From: Tubulanus polymorphus
Lineage: Eukaryota > Animalia > Nemertea
Assembly: GCF_964204645.1 (NCBI RefSeq)
Contig: NC_134026.1
Coordinates: 12,795,950 to 12,859,949, forward strand
Length of the DNA: 64,000 bases
Reading direction: 5' to 3'
In this document: positions 1 through 11,486 of the stretch, one piece after another
How the letters are laid out: each line of letters starts with the position of its first letter
Position numbering within the stretch: the first letter of the stretch is position 1
Notes under the pieces: model-generated
The model's input: only the letters and a program-made list of their open reading frames with translations
The model's database searches: none
Told to the model about the DNA's origin: nothing
Made by a program: the position numbers and the translations under genes

Positions 1-9
1 CGTGAGAAT

Positions 10-1479
10 TTGAGAAAATCTTGGCGGGAGTCCAAAAAAAGACTTCGAGAGAAACAAACTCCGCAATCGAAACGACGTGAACTCGAAAAAAGAAGAATGA
101 ATTACCAATTGAAGAAAACACAAAATGAATCGAAAAAAGAACCTGTTAAGTCTGAATCAAGTTCCACAGTTGACACTGAAAAAGAAATTGTCAATAATAT
201 CAAGAAAAATTTAAGAGCACATAAGGTATCAAAGAAGTACAGCAAATACAGAACATTAGTAACACTTGTGTGTGGAAAGTATAAAAACAGTCGCGCAGCT
301 AGAGCCAAACTTGACATATCATATCAGCACTGGAAGTATGCCTCACTATTAGAAGAGAAACCTTATCGATGTGACAAATTGTCCGAAGAAAGACGAAATT
401 TGATCAGAAAGTACTACTTAGAAAAATCGACGATTTTGCCAACTAAGAGAACCGTCTCCCGAAATGGTATTCAGAAATGTGTTCTGAGTGCCCCGATTAA
501 GATGATCCATTCAGAATTCGGGGATTTTAAAGTAGGATTGTCAACATTCGCGAAGCTTCGTCCTAAAGAATGCCTGACTATGGATAGGAACAAATATAAT
601 CGCTGTTTGTGTGAATACTGCATCAACATTGAGTTCAAATTAGATGCCATCAATAATTTAGCTCACAGAAAAGGAGTAAAAACAGCTGATGTTGGTAACA
701 AGTTTCAATTGGTCAATACCAGTATGTGTCCTAAAATAAGGACCTCGGCATATCATGAACCTGCATGCATTAAGCGGACCTGTAATAAGTGCGGTCCTAA
801 GCTTACAAGAAGTATCTTGAATGAAAGAAAACTGGATGGAAAGCTGCCCCTTCAATGGAAAAAATGGGTGGATGGTAATGAAAAAACCAAGGATGATAAA
901 GATAAGAAGGTGAAGGTTTTGATGGAGAAAAATGGATCATTGAATGAGTTCATTGAAGAATTGTTGGTGGAATTGGTACCATTCGCTGAACATCTGTTCA
1001 ATGCCAGATGGCAAAACGATCAGTATAAATTGTTGAAAGAAAACCTACCACCAGGATGGGTGTTGACTGTGCAGGATTTCAGCCAAAACTATAGGACAAC
1101 ATACCAAGATGAAATACAATCAGTGTATTACCAATATAAACAGGCAACGCTGCATCCAACTGTTGCTGTCTATAGGTGTCCAAACTGCCAAGATCTTGTA
1201 GAAGAAAATATTTTCTTTGTATCAGATGACTTGAAACATGATGAATATGCCGTTGATTGGTTTAAAAGAAAGGTACATGATCATCTAAAAACACGTGGTG
1301 TTAAAATAGAACACGAAGTCCATTTTTCAGATGGATGTGCGAATCAATATAAAGGGAAAAACCTATTCTACTTAATGTCAGAATTCTCATTCATGCTCTA
1401 TCATTACAATCAATTCTCGGATAGCCGGGTAGCCTGTCGGATAGCCTACTTACTCGTTAACTTTTACTACTTAATCTGA
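10..1479 (+). pseudogene. Sola2-type DDD transposase, C-terminally truncated
   Basis: C-x-C-xx-C, DFSQNY..EIQS....TLHP, SDDLKHD and FSDGCANQYK motifs; the expected HGK..DG motif is absent and similarity ends near 1380. Confidence 0.75.
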
Positions 1480-1944
1480 TTTACTTTAATGAAATAATGA
1501 ATAGTGCAATCTGGACCAGGGTTTGTAGTTATTGATGTGGCAATTTTTGTTAAGTTTTTTTGTTATTTCTTATTATTCTTAATAAACTTTTAAAAATAAT
1601 CTGTGTAAGTTGTTATGAGTGAGATTTCAGAGTAATTTTGAGCAACTGCGAAAATGCTATCATGCGCATAATGATATTACCCTAGTGAAAGTAAAACCAT
1701 TACACTATCCATCGTGGTGTTTGAAACAGTAGAACTTGCTTAATTCGGGACTGCCCAAAACCGGATTATTTTGAGTAAAATACATGTAATTTGAATGCAA
1801 TTAATCTAACTGTGCTAGAATATCTGTCCAGATAAAATGAAAAACTGATTATAAGAGATCCGGAGTAAGCAAGTTTTGTTGTTAGTATAATGTGCTGGTT
1901 GCCTCCAATGGACAACATATTCTTCCTGATATCAGCTTCTGTGT

Positions 1945-2080
1945 GTAGTTCAGGAGTCAGTTGCTCAAAAGTTCGTTAAAGATAACCAGTGGATAAATAC
2001 CATAGTAACATTGAACTTTTAATTGTCACTATGTCAACTATCCACTGGTTAACTCCATCCTGCTTCTGAGCAACTGAACA
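1945..2080. mobile_element. Short Harbinger-like MITE
   Basis: Inverted arms cagttgctcaaaag / cttctgagcaactg, with internal aaccagtggata / tatccactggtt. Confidence 0.5.
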
Positions 2081-3214
2081 ATTCCGTTGGTTTGATGATA
2101 GCAGAAACCTGCAGACACAAAGGCTTAGAGGGACAATATGAAAACGATGTAACATACATAGCGTCGAATTTTGGAAATTTATATCAACATGGACTTTTCT
2201 CGATCAAATATGTCAAAGACATATTGACAACAAATATTCAAAGCGTAATTGTCAATTCCAGCCTCTGTGTTTCGGCCCTTTATTAAGAAAGATGGAACAA
2301 AATCTTCCTTGACTGTTTCATTTCATTATACCTAATTTTTTATTAGATTTGATGATAATATTTATTGTTCCATGTTTCTTGGGTTAGTTGTTAAGGTGCA
2401 TCACCGAGCCGTGGGCCTGCTGTACATGCTAAAGCAAAATGGAAAGCATATACAACATGTTCATCAGTACAGGTTAACTCGGATACTCACAACAATAAAC
2501 TTGAATACAAAGTGTTAGTAAACAAATAAATAAAATGCAATTAAACTAGAAAAAATTAATTTAATTCCGGCTGCAATATTTTTTCAACATTCTTACATCT
2601 TGCATTTAAATTTCTTGCCAATCCTATTCTCTGGAAAATTAGGGAGTTCCAAATGTCTCCCAAAAGTCTTATTAAATGATATTTAACTTATTTAACTCGT
2701 TTGCACAAACTAAACCTGCGAAAATTTGAAAAATGTAACACTTTGGAATATCCTTATCGTGTCCTGTTACATCCAGTAATATTTTTGGAGATAATCTCTG
2801 AAAATAATGTTTCAACTTCATAGTTTCATGTGAAGGGACGTCTAATGATTATTAATTTTTACAGTGACATTGATAAAATTATGAAAAGAATAGAACATCA
2901 TGCCGATAAATCAAATTTTTGATTTACATTTTGTGTCCCAAGTTACGTCCAGGAATTTTCATTAATTACATAATTAAGGTTGTTAGGACTGATGAACTAT
3001 CTTTTCCATTTTACTTATACTTAGGTATACTCTTAACTACAGAATAATACTGTTGGATTCAATTTTGTTCATGATTAAATTTGTAATTTTGGCATTTCCC
3101 GGACGTAACAGGAATTTTAGGACACCATATTTTGACTCATATATATAGATGCAGAACAATAACAGGGGTGGCGGTATATACGGGGTGATATATATATATA
3201 TAAGTTTTTCACAT

Positions 3215-3830
3215 TAGGCCTATATTGATACCTAAGCATATTTTGTTTCCATGATCAATTGCAAAGTGTAGCCCATCGTCTATGATTGTGGTGAGTTTCA
3301 AGGTCATTAGTTGTTCTATATGGTCATAGAAGAATAACTAAGTATTTCCTTATTATTTGGTACGTAGGCATACTTTGTTACGATGATCAATTGCAAAGTT
3401 GTAGCTCATGATATATTCTGTGATTAAGGTGAGTCTCAAGGTCATTGGGCTTTGCATATGGTCAGCAGGGGGTGTTGAATACTAGAAAAACCTAGTATTT
3501 CCATATTATATTGGTAACTAGTCATTTTTTGTTACCACAATCAATTAAATAATCATAGCTGCTGACATGTTCTATGATTGTGGTGAGTTTCAACTTCATT
3601 GGTTTTTGAATATGGCCACCAGGGGGCATTGAACAATACAACAACTTAGTATTTCTATATTATATTCGTACCTATGCATATTTTGTTTCCACAACCAACT
3701 GGAAAGTTGTAGCTCAGGACATGGTCTATGGTTGTGGTAAGTTTCAAGGTCATTTGTTATTCTATATGGTCACCAGGGGGCGTTGAATAATGGAATTACT
3801 TAGTATTTCCTTATTATATTGGTACCTAGG
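3215..3830. repeat. Tandem array of about 140-bp units (internal repeat of a Helentron-like element)
   Basis: 4-5 copies of ...gtttcaaggtcatt...ggtcaccagggggcgttgaata...cttagtatttc; the same unit occurs at 33917-34030, 35758-35905 and 59920-60350. Confidence 0.85.
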
Positions 3831-4520
3831 AGAGCGAGGGAGCGAGGGAGGGAGGGAGGGAGGGAGGGAGGGAGGGAAACATATGTCTGGTGGGCTAAAA
3901 CGCTAAAACGCTCATCAGATTTTATGAAATCACTTTTCAAAACTGGTTTCAAAATAATAAATTTCATCATATAAGATTTGAATCGTTGGACTTCTTCAAA
4001 TATATACAGTGTATGCACACCAAAGATGGTAAGCCCAAAGTATCCACGTCAATTCAATGAAAATGTTTTTATTGAAATGACAGGTATACTTTTGGGAGGT
4101 ATCTCAGAAGCATATCGTACAATTTTCAATTAGTCATCCATCTAAGTGTAATCAACCCTCATCCATAGATAGAAAAAGGTTGTTTGAGAAAAAGTAATGT
4201 TCTCACTGTCAAATGTTTGTTTACCCTGTTTTTGTTTACTTAAAACTCGAACCAAGGGAAAAACCCATGTGTCAGAAAACATCTCAGAAAAACATTGCAC
4301 TAGGCCACACCAAAAGAAAACCCTGCTTCTTGGGCCCGACTGACCCGATATTTCATCAATTCAAATAATCATTTTCAGAATAAAACATTATTATCATATC
4401 CCTGACTAAAAATTTAGTCCATTAAAAATTATTTACGGCGACCCACTGTTAGAAGAATAACCGATATTTTTTTTTCTATAAAAAGAAAAAAAAATGTCCT
4501 ACCTACCTACCCACCCATTT

Positions 4521-4686
4521 TGGGATCATTCATTTATTACGTACGCATAAAATTTTAATTTTTAAATCCCTCTCCCCTTTGTACGCAAAATCGGCCATTT
4601 TTTCATTATACATTAAGCATTACAGTACGCAATTGCACTGACCCATCCCCTCCCCTAATGCATACAGAATAAATGAATGACCCCTT
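4521..4686. mobile_element. Harbinger-like MITE
   Basis: TIR gggatcattcatttatt / aataaatgaatgacccc. Confidence 0.55.
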
Positions 4687-4767
4687 ATAGAGCCTTACAG
4701 GCTCAAGGAATGAAGAATCTATTTGGTATGCTTACGATGCTAATAACATTAAATTTTCCTTTTCAGA

Positions 4768-5460
4768 GATGGTTGGAAAAGAAAAAAGTGATATACGACC
4801 AAAATTTAAACAAACAACAACTTGTAAAACTATGTCAAACTTAATAACCAAATAAAGTTTACAAATCAGAGCAGCTGATTCTCGATTCTGGACAAGAGCT
4901 ACTGATATTACCAGTCAAACATTGCGAGCTCAACTCAATTGAAATGGTTTGGCACCAGATGAAAGCATATGCAAAGAAAAGAAACACTACAAATAAACTG
5001 AAGGATGTAGGAAAGTTAATCATTGAAGGCAGAGAACAAGTCACAGCGGAAAATTGGAGTAATTACGATGATCACATGAAGAAAATCGAAAACGAATTAT
5101 GGATTAAGGACAAATTATCAGACAATCTAGTAAAAAAATTTGAAACTTATGTTGTTATGAATCTGAATGTTAGTGATGAGAGCGAGGATGAGAGAGAAAA
5201 TAAGGAAGAGAATCAGGGTGCGGAAGATGACAGTGAGAATGAAGGAAATGAGTCTAGTGAGGGAGCTGAGAGCGAGAATGAGGTTTGTGCAGTGTGTGGA
5301 GAGAAGGAGGATTGAGGAGATGATCAGCTGGTTGAATGGGTAGCTTGTAGTATGTGTGATCGCTGGTTCCATGTTTCTTGTTTAACTAATCATGATTCAG
5401 AAAATTTTAAATGCAAAAGATGTGAAGATATTCTATGCAAATCAATGTATTTTTTGGAAC
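4768..5460 (+). pseudogene. IS630/Tc1-type (DDE_3) transposase 3' exon with acidic linker and C-terminal PHD finger
   Basis: After a ttttcag acceptor: WLEKKK...LLILPVKHCELNSIEMVWHQMK, an E/D-rich tract, then CAVC...WVACSMCDRWFHVSC...FKCKRC; in-frame stops present. Confidence 0.75.
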
Positions 5461-5571
5461 CGTAAATTATCTTATCATATCTAATCATGTCTAAGAAATT
5501 CATTTACTTCAATCATTTGATGTACATGTATATACGATCTAAACTGGTTAATTTCGTTAAGTAGTCAACCC

Positions 5572-6045
5572 TATACAAATGGAGCGAATTTAAATGACAT
5601 GGTTTCCAGAGCAAGGGCTCTTTGACAGAGCAACTGAGCATATATTCATACAAATCACTCATTAAAGCATTATCCATTATCCAAATTCTACGAAGCTGAA
5701 TTTTGAAAGAGGGCCTCGTTAAAATTTATATGAGCTTTTTCACGAAAATCCGATCGCAATAATATCTGTTTTAAAAAGCCAATCAGAAAGCAAAGACTCC
5801 TCTATGATTGGTTTCGCCGCAGAGATAAGCAGGTGTTCACGTGAACCCGCGGTATCGTCTACTGTTTTACTTTTGGGTTTTATTTTAAGATCTAAAATTG
5901 TATTTCAATATAGATTTCTGTGAAATCTTTATTTGATTTGATTTTTGGGAGGGATATTTTTAATTGAACCACAGAAAATATCACTGACAATTGGCAAAGT
6001 CCGGGAAAAATAGCTTTTTCTCAAATCAGATGGATGACCTTGATA
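5572..6045. repeat. Dispersed repeat of about 470 bp (unclassified non-autonomous element)
   Basis: Highly similar copies at 41345-41805 and 48588-48860 (atgacatggtttccagagc...gatgaccttgat). Confidence 0.85.
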
Positions 6046-6231
6046 TGCTATTGTGTTAATTATTAGGTATTTACTAGTCTGAGTGCCCCTTGGGGCTCTT
6101 GTTTTTATCTGACCCGTAAATATTCGATATGGCTAAGTGGCGACAATTGTTGTTCGTCATAATTAGCCATGTTTACACATTTGTTTTCAAGTGAAATTTT
6201 GAAGAGGCTGATTAATCATCTGCTATGCTAG

Positions 6232-6337
6232 ACTCATTTTAGACTGAAGAAGGGAGGTAGTAACCACCCGAAATATTTCTTATATGTTTTAATAAACATT
6301 TTATCATCTAATTCTTTTATTGTGGGATTTTACTCGT
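6232..6337 (+). mobile_element. Penelope-like retroelement terminal fragment containing a minimal hammerhead ribozyme motif
   Basis: Flanked by a 14-bp direct repeat atctgctatgctag (6218-6231 and 6338-6351); CTGAAGA-A-GGGAGGT-agta-ACCACCC-GAAA-TATT, followed by AATAAA. Confidence 0.7.
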
Positions 6338-7743
6338 ATCTGCTATGCTAGCTGCTATGGTAGGAGTTACTATCACAAAGTCACTGTTAACAGGCGGGTG
6401 GTTTTACAGTCACCTCTACTGCTAGTGTGCACTATCAAAACCAGATGTTTCAAAATGGTCACTTTTCAATAGTAGACTCTTTGAAACAGCCACTATAGAA
6501 AACCAACCGAATTGAAAGGAATACTATTTCAGAGTGACTGTTTTGAAATGTATACTTCTGGAAAAGAAGCCGATATCGTTAATTGCTTATTGTTCTCAAG
6601 TGGCTACTAAGTAAAAGTAGACGTTTGGGCTCAAAAGTGCGATAGACATTTTCTTGAATTCAGCCTTTCAAGTCCTCCATGTTTAACAATTCTGCTATCA
6701 AATTATCATTTTAATTGATGAAAAATAATCTATGACTCGCAAATCAGTTTTGTCGAATTGATTATCTTCATCTGAATGACATCCTGAATCAAAGTAAATT
6801 GCATCAAAAGGGCTATGGGATATGCCTTCACGAAAAACAGCGAGGCTCGTCATAAAAATCTAAAATGCTTATTTTTAGGTAGTTTGATGCATATTTAGGG
6901 CGTTTAATGTGGACACAGATTATCCGGTGATCTTTCGCAACATACTAACTGACAAGCTGTTTGTACGTTGTGACAATCAACAGATATATATCTAATATAA
7001 TGATTTTATTGTTACTTTTATGAATAATATAGGCCCTATACGATCAAATAGCAGAGATAAATACTTTGCCGTATACAGCTAAATATTCACTATGTCTAAT
7101 TCGGCCTAAATCACTGACGCATGGACCTGTAACTAATGATAGTGAATGAATAAAACCAGTATCAATGACCGACCACAGGCACTCCTCGATGGGCTTTGGG
7201 TACAGTTCCCAGAGTTATTGATAATGTAGCTGTGTTATGAGTGGTTATTCTGCAATCAAATAAAATGAACAACAAAAAAGCATTGTTTATTGCAAAAGCT
7301 ATTATAATGAATAGTTCTTTGCGATATTAGTTATGATATTATTGTAATAATCATGTTAGGCCTATGATAATCTCATTCATCCAAACTGTGACATTTATTG
7401 TAAATGAATGGAATAAGCAAATAAAACGAAAGAAAATTTACCAAACCCTGTGTATTACATACGTGCTAGTTTTGTGCGCCTTCACGCTGATAGTGGATAA
7501 GTGAATGACGTTTCATAAACGTCATATGGGCAGTATCTGTCACTCATATGTTTCCATAATGTCATGCGCAGCGAAAGGGTTAAGGGGAACTGCTGATGAT
7601 GACAATGATGTGTAGAAATGAATGAGATGTTTGAAAAGAAAACTAGCACACTTGGACTTTCTTACAGTTCTGGTTGGTTTTTAATATACATATACTACTA
7701 ATATGAAATCTCTGTTGAAATTTCTATGATTCTTTTCTTCTAG

Positions 7744-7868
7744 GGACGAGGTTTGGTATTAGGAGTTTTCGAAGAGAAAAATGAAGATAGAAATGTGTTG
7801 TTTACTAAATGTGGAGAAAAATATAATGAAGAAAGAGTTGCAGGAAAAATCGAACACTTATTAAACAT
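7744..7868 (+). CDS. LAP3: Cytosol aminopeptidase (M17 leucyl aminopeptidase), first recognisable coding exon
   Basis: ttttcttctag| acceptor and |gtatgt donor; translates GRGLVLGVFEEKNEDRNVLFTKCGEKYNEERVAGKIEHLLNI, matching the LAP3 N-terminal KGLVLG..LNI segment; ends in phase 2, compatible with the next exon. Confidence 0.88.
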
Positions 7869-8651
7869 GTATGTTTTTATTTATTTACAGTATATCATAG
7901 GCCTATTACAGTGATCATCTCATTTTCTAATGCTTAAGTGTTGGGTTTAAGCTCCTAGGTATAATTCCTGTTGGTTAACCGTTGAGTCTTGAATATTTTT
8001 TGACTTCTTCATAATGGCTTTAAAGACCTATCCAGAAATACCTTGCTCACAAAATGCTGCGTGTCTTTTGAGGGTGAGAAGAGTATAAAATTCTCATCAT
8101 CCGTTGTGCAGGCATGCTGCATATGTATAGATATGGGGTACAAGCCGGGCTCTGCACCAAGCACGCACTTAAAGGACAGGAATTTTTTCGTTTTTTTTTT
8201 CTAGTCCACTTGGGACTTAAGTCCCAATGGGCTATTGCGTTCACTTTTCATCCGTCGTCCATCCATTCATCCGTAAGCCGAATCCAGTTATTTTGGGAAT
8301 TTTAAAGATGCTTCAATGTAATGTCTTGATATTTGGTTTACACTTGTATCAACCCTAGGGACATCTTCAGCCCAAAAACTGGCTCGGTGACCTTGTGTGT
8401 CACCTGTGGCGCCATATATGTTGGACTGGCTGATAATTTCAGATGTTCCAATTTTGTGCAGGTACATATTCATTCCTGGTTAAGACCCTGGACACCAGGA
8501 GGAGTTTAATATGCTTATTAGCCATATGCTTATTCAGCAAAATAAATTCAATTCAATTTTACTTCCATTGAACAAATAAAACAAATCCAAATCAATTTCT
8601 AGTTTTATAGAGCAATTTTCAGAAAATTCAATTCCGCATTCAAATCAATAA

Positions 8652-9082
8652 AGCTAAGCGTACATTGACAAAGCGACTGGAGACAACTTGTTGCTCGTGA
8701 GTGAATACCTCGTGCACATCGAAAATCTAGTAAAAGCCAGCAACTCATGCTGGTTCATGCTGGTAGCACGTACATCATAGCGCGTACATCAATAGCAACT
8801 GAGATGTGTTAACTAGCAAATATCCTTGAGGGCATCTGATTATGGAGCGTTCACATCTACGGATATGACAGTAACTGAGTACAACTAGTTGCTCAAAAGT
8901 GAAACATGGGCAACTGGCTGGAACTGGAGATAGATGGACGCTAACCAGTCATTAGCTACAGTCGTTAGCTTGATCGCATCAACAAATTTGAGTAACTGAT
9001 TGTATCCAGCCAGTTCCTCGCATTCACCGAAAACTGTTGCTGTCTAGTTGTCTCCTATCGCAGTGTCGATGTACGCTAGGCT
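8652..9082. mobile_element. Harbinger-like MITE inserted in another repeat
   Basis: TIR agctaagcgtacattgac / gtcgatgtacgctaggct; the uninterrupted host sequence (cagtaagacca..gaaaagattta) is present at about 41930. Confidence 0.6.
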
Positions 9083-9508
9083 AGACCAAGCGAAAAGATT
9101 TATTTGAGGTATTTGTTCCTGCAAGCTCCAGTTGCTGTCTGAGCTAAACACAATTGCATTGTGTAAATTAATGGTAATGACTGTGCTGAGCTGGGGTGTA
9201 TTTTGACAAATATGATCCACATAATGCGTCATTTGCCATTTTATGAAAAGCTGACAGGCTGGCCATAGTGCCCCTTGGGGCTCTTGTTTTCTCATTTATA
9301 CTTAGGATTTTCCAACAATTCTGCACATGCGTATTTAGCAACGTCACTTCAGTTGGAATAAACCCTACCTGAAAAAAGGTAACTCATTCGTCCTGGAATT
9401 AACGCTTACCTTTCAATAAGTAACTGAACAACATACGACCTTGGAGTAACAGCAGATTTATGAACAGTCGCTGGTGAACTCTCCAACCCTTCTCTTTATC
9501 AACCTTAA

Positions 9509-9900
9509 CCCTTTCGATACCACATAGTGTCTCGGCTGTTGTACCGGAGGGAATTTAGGGGATTATAGGGGGTATATTTGAAACTTCATAGAATAGTTAC
9601 CAAAGTATCTGACACAAAATTTATATAGCATGTTGTTGATAACTTTTGGGCCAACAATGTAGACATAAATAATTTGGATATAAGTGAACTTGAGGTCAAG
9701 GTCACATACTCCAAGATGGCCCCCATGAAAAAAATTCATGAAAAATTTTCAGATAAACTGCTCTGTCTCCCAGCAAAATGCACTGATCTATTCAATTCCA
9801 ACTGAAATTGTATGCCATATATCCTTCCTTTATGTAGTAAAAATTTCAAAGCAATAGAACAACTGAAAAATGTATTTTTCCACCCATTTACCAACCGATG
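9509..9900 (-). mobile_element. piggyBac-like non-autonomous element, one end
   Basis: TTAA|CCCTTTCGATACCAC start; reverse-complement match to about 43800-44149. Confidence 0.7.
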
Positions 9901-10079
9901 TAAACAGACTTCGCAGAGGGAAGTGATGTTGACAGACGAAAAATCCCGGGGCCCTGAAAAATCCTGAACAAGATTTTTCACCCAATTCCCTTTTGACCTT
10001 GTAATTTAGATTATCAATTAGAAGCTTACCATTGACAATTTCAACATTATCGAGGGCATGATCAATATTTGAAACTGCA

Positions 10080-10640
10080 ATTCACAGCCGCCATGGATGC
10101 TGTGAAACGAGCTTGAATCTTTGAACATATCGATGATGATGTTCGTTCTTTCCGATATGTTTATAGCAGGTGGTCCACCACCAGTCTTTGACAGGCTTTG
10201 CCGTTCCTTGGTAGCGATTCTTGTTGCGTTTTGTTGATCGTTTTTGAATTTTGATCGACATTCATCTGGTGTCCTGACAGCCTCTCCTAATGCTGTGATT
10301 TGATCGGCAATTTCACCTCACGCTTTCTGTTTTGCCACTTTAGTTATCGACACGCTGAATTAATTGAATAGTACATTCTGGTTTTCTTGAACCAGCTGCG
10401 TCAAGAGCAGTGCCTCTGCCAAAGTAAAATTCTTTCGCTTGTTTTTGACAAGTGTAGCGCTTGCTGAACTTTGACGTGACGCCATTTTAATTATAATACT
10501 AATTACACTTATTATATGCGGTGACGTCACTTAACCAGTTTAGTTAATTCGCTAGTTACACTACTTTGTGAAACTTGATTTACACCAAAAATTAACTAAT
10601 TCGGTTTAAATGTTTACACTTTTTCGTGAAACTTGGCCCT
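10080..10640 (-). pseudogene. PIF/Harbinger fragment: Myb/SANT accessory gene remnant plus one TIR
   Basis: From ATG at 10485: KRKNFTLAEALLL...KQKA*GEIADQITALGEAVRTPDECRSKF...KTGGGPP, with stops; terminus GGGCCAAGTTTCACGAAA at about 10622-10639. Confidence 0.75.
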
Positions 10641-10725
10641 GTCTCAACAATACTTATTTTGTACTTGGCCCTGAAAAAAGGTATCAAATGCACAAACCCT
10701 GATTTCTTAACTTTTTTTCCAACAG

Positions 10726-10886
10726 ATCCGGGGTTCCATTGAAAAAGGGAAAGAGCAGGATTTTTTATGGTTTGGACGATAACTTTCCTAGCATAGCAGT
10801 TGTGTGTTTAGGGGAAAAAGGCAAAGGATACAATGAGGAAGAGCAACTTGATGAAGGGCGAGAACATATACGATCGGCTATAGGTG
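10726..10886 (+). CDS. LAP3: LAP3-like exon
   Basis: ccaacag| ... |gtatga; SGVPLKKGKSRIFYGLDDNFPSIAVVCLGEKGKGYNEEEQLDEGREHIRSAIG; phase 2 in, phase 1 out. Confidence 0.93.
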
Positions 10887-11281
10887 GTATGATATACTTT
10901 TATTACTTTTTAGGATTGATTGTGTTGATCCTTATGCAGCTGTCAATCTGCTGTCTGTACATTGTCTGTATAATTCAAATTTCCAATTACGTTTCAATGA
11001 ATTATTTAACTTTTTACCTTTAGAGAAGTTATTGCCATTGCTGTTATCTTTAAGAGGCTTTCAGTGATGTGAACTTAGAAAATGGAATGATCGGATAGAG
11101 CATTAAAAATAAACCTAAAGGAATAGTTAGCCAGAGAGTTCTAGCGGAAAATTCTCAAAGCCTTGGAAAAAGTATTTGGGACTTTATTTGTTTTCTGTCT
11201 TGGTCGAAATAATTAAGTCTTACTATGTTTGCCCTTCAACAAGGAAAGAAAAACAAATGCTGGTAAAATTTGGTTACATCT

Positions 11282-11486
11282 TGTTCTTGTTTATCCTCGG
11301 GTCCTGGCGTATAAACTATAAACTGGCCCTTGAATCAGGGAAACTAATCTATCTGACTCTAACGCCTGCTTCCATATTTGATCAACAACTTTATTATGCA
11401 ACAGCTATACAAAAAAATCAACTCAAAAATTTGATATGTAACAGATGTAACAATTTTCAATATAAGGTCACAGGTCCGAATCTTCA
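11282..11486 (-). repeat. 3' LTR of the BEL/Pao element
   Basis: TG..CA ends; preceded on the - strand by the polypurine tract agagggaagga; direct repeat of 16373-16581. Confidence 0.9.

Larger units (their letters stand above)
1..3138 (+). mobile_element. Sola2-like DNA transposon, left end outside the window
   Basis: Transposase ORF at the window start; putative right terminus reads GAGTCAAAATATGGTGTCC..GTTACGTCC on the - strand, ending at 3138 before atat; the GTTACGTCC motif is repeated at 2942. Confidence 0.55.

Noticed and set aside
6110-6960. Candidate first exon of LAP3 (ATGs near 6129, 6169 and 6815)
   Set aside because: The frames either stop quickly or end at a donor in the wrong phase for the 7744 acceptor, and none shows recognisable similarity.
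11040-11270. Similarity to 37140-37400, considered as duplicated exons or RNA genes
   Set aside because: All + strand frames contain stops and there are no consistent splice sites or RNA motifs; best treated as an old unclassified repeat.
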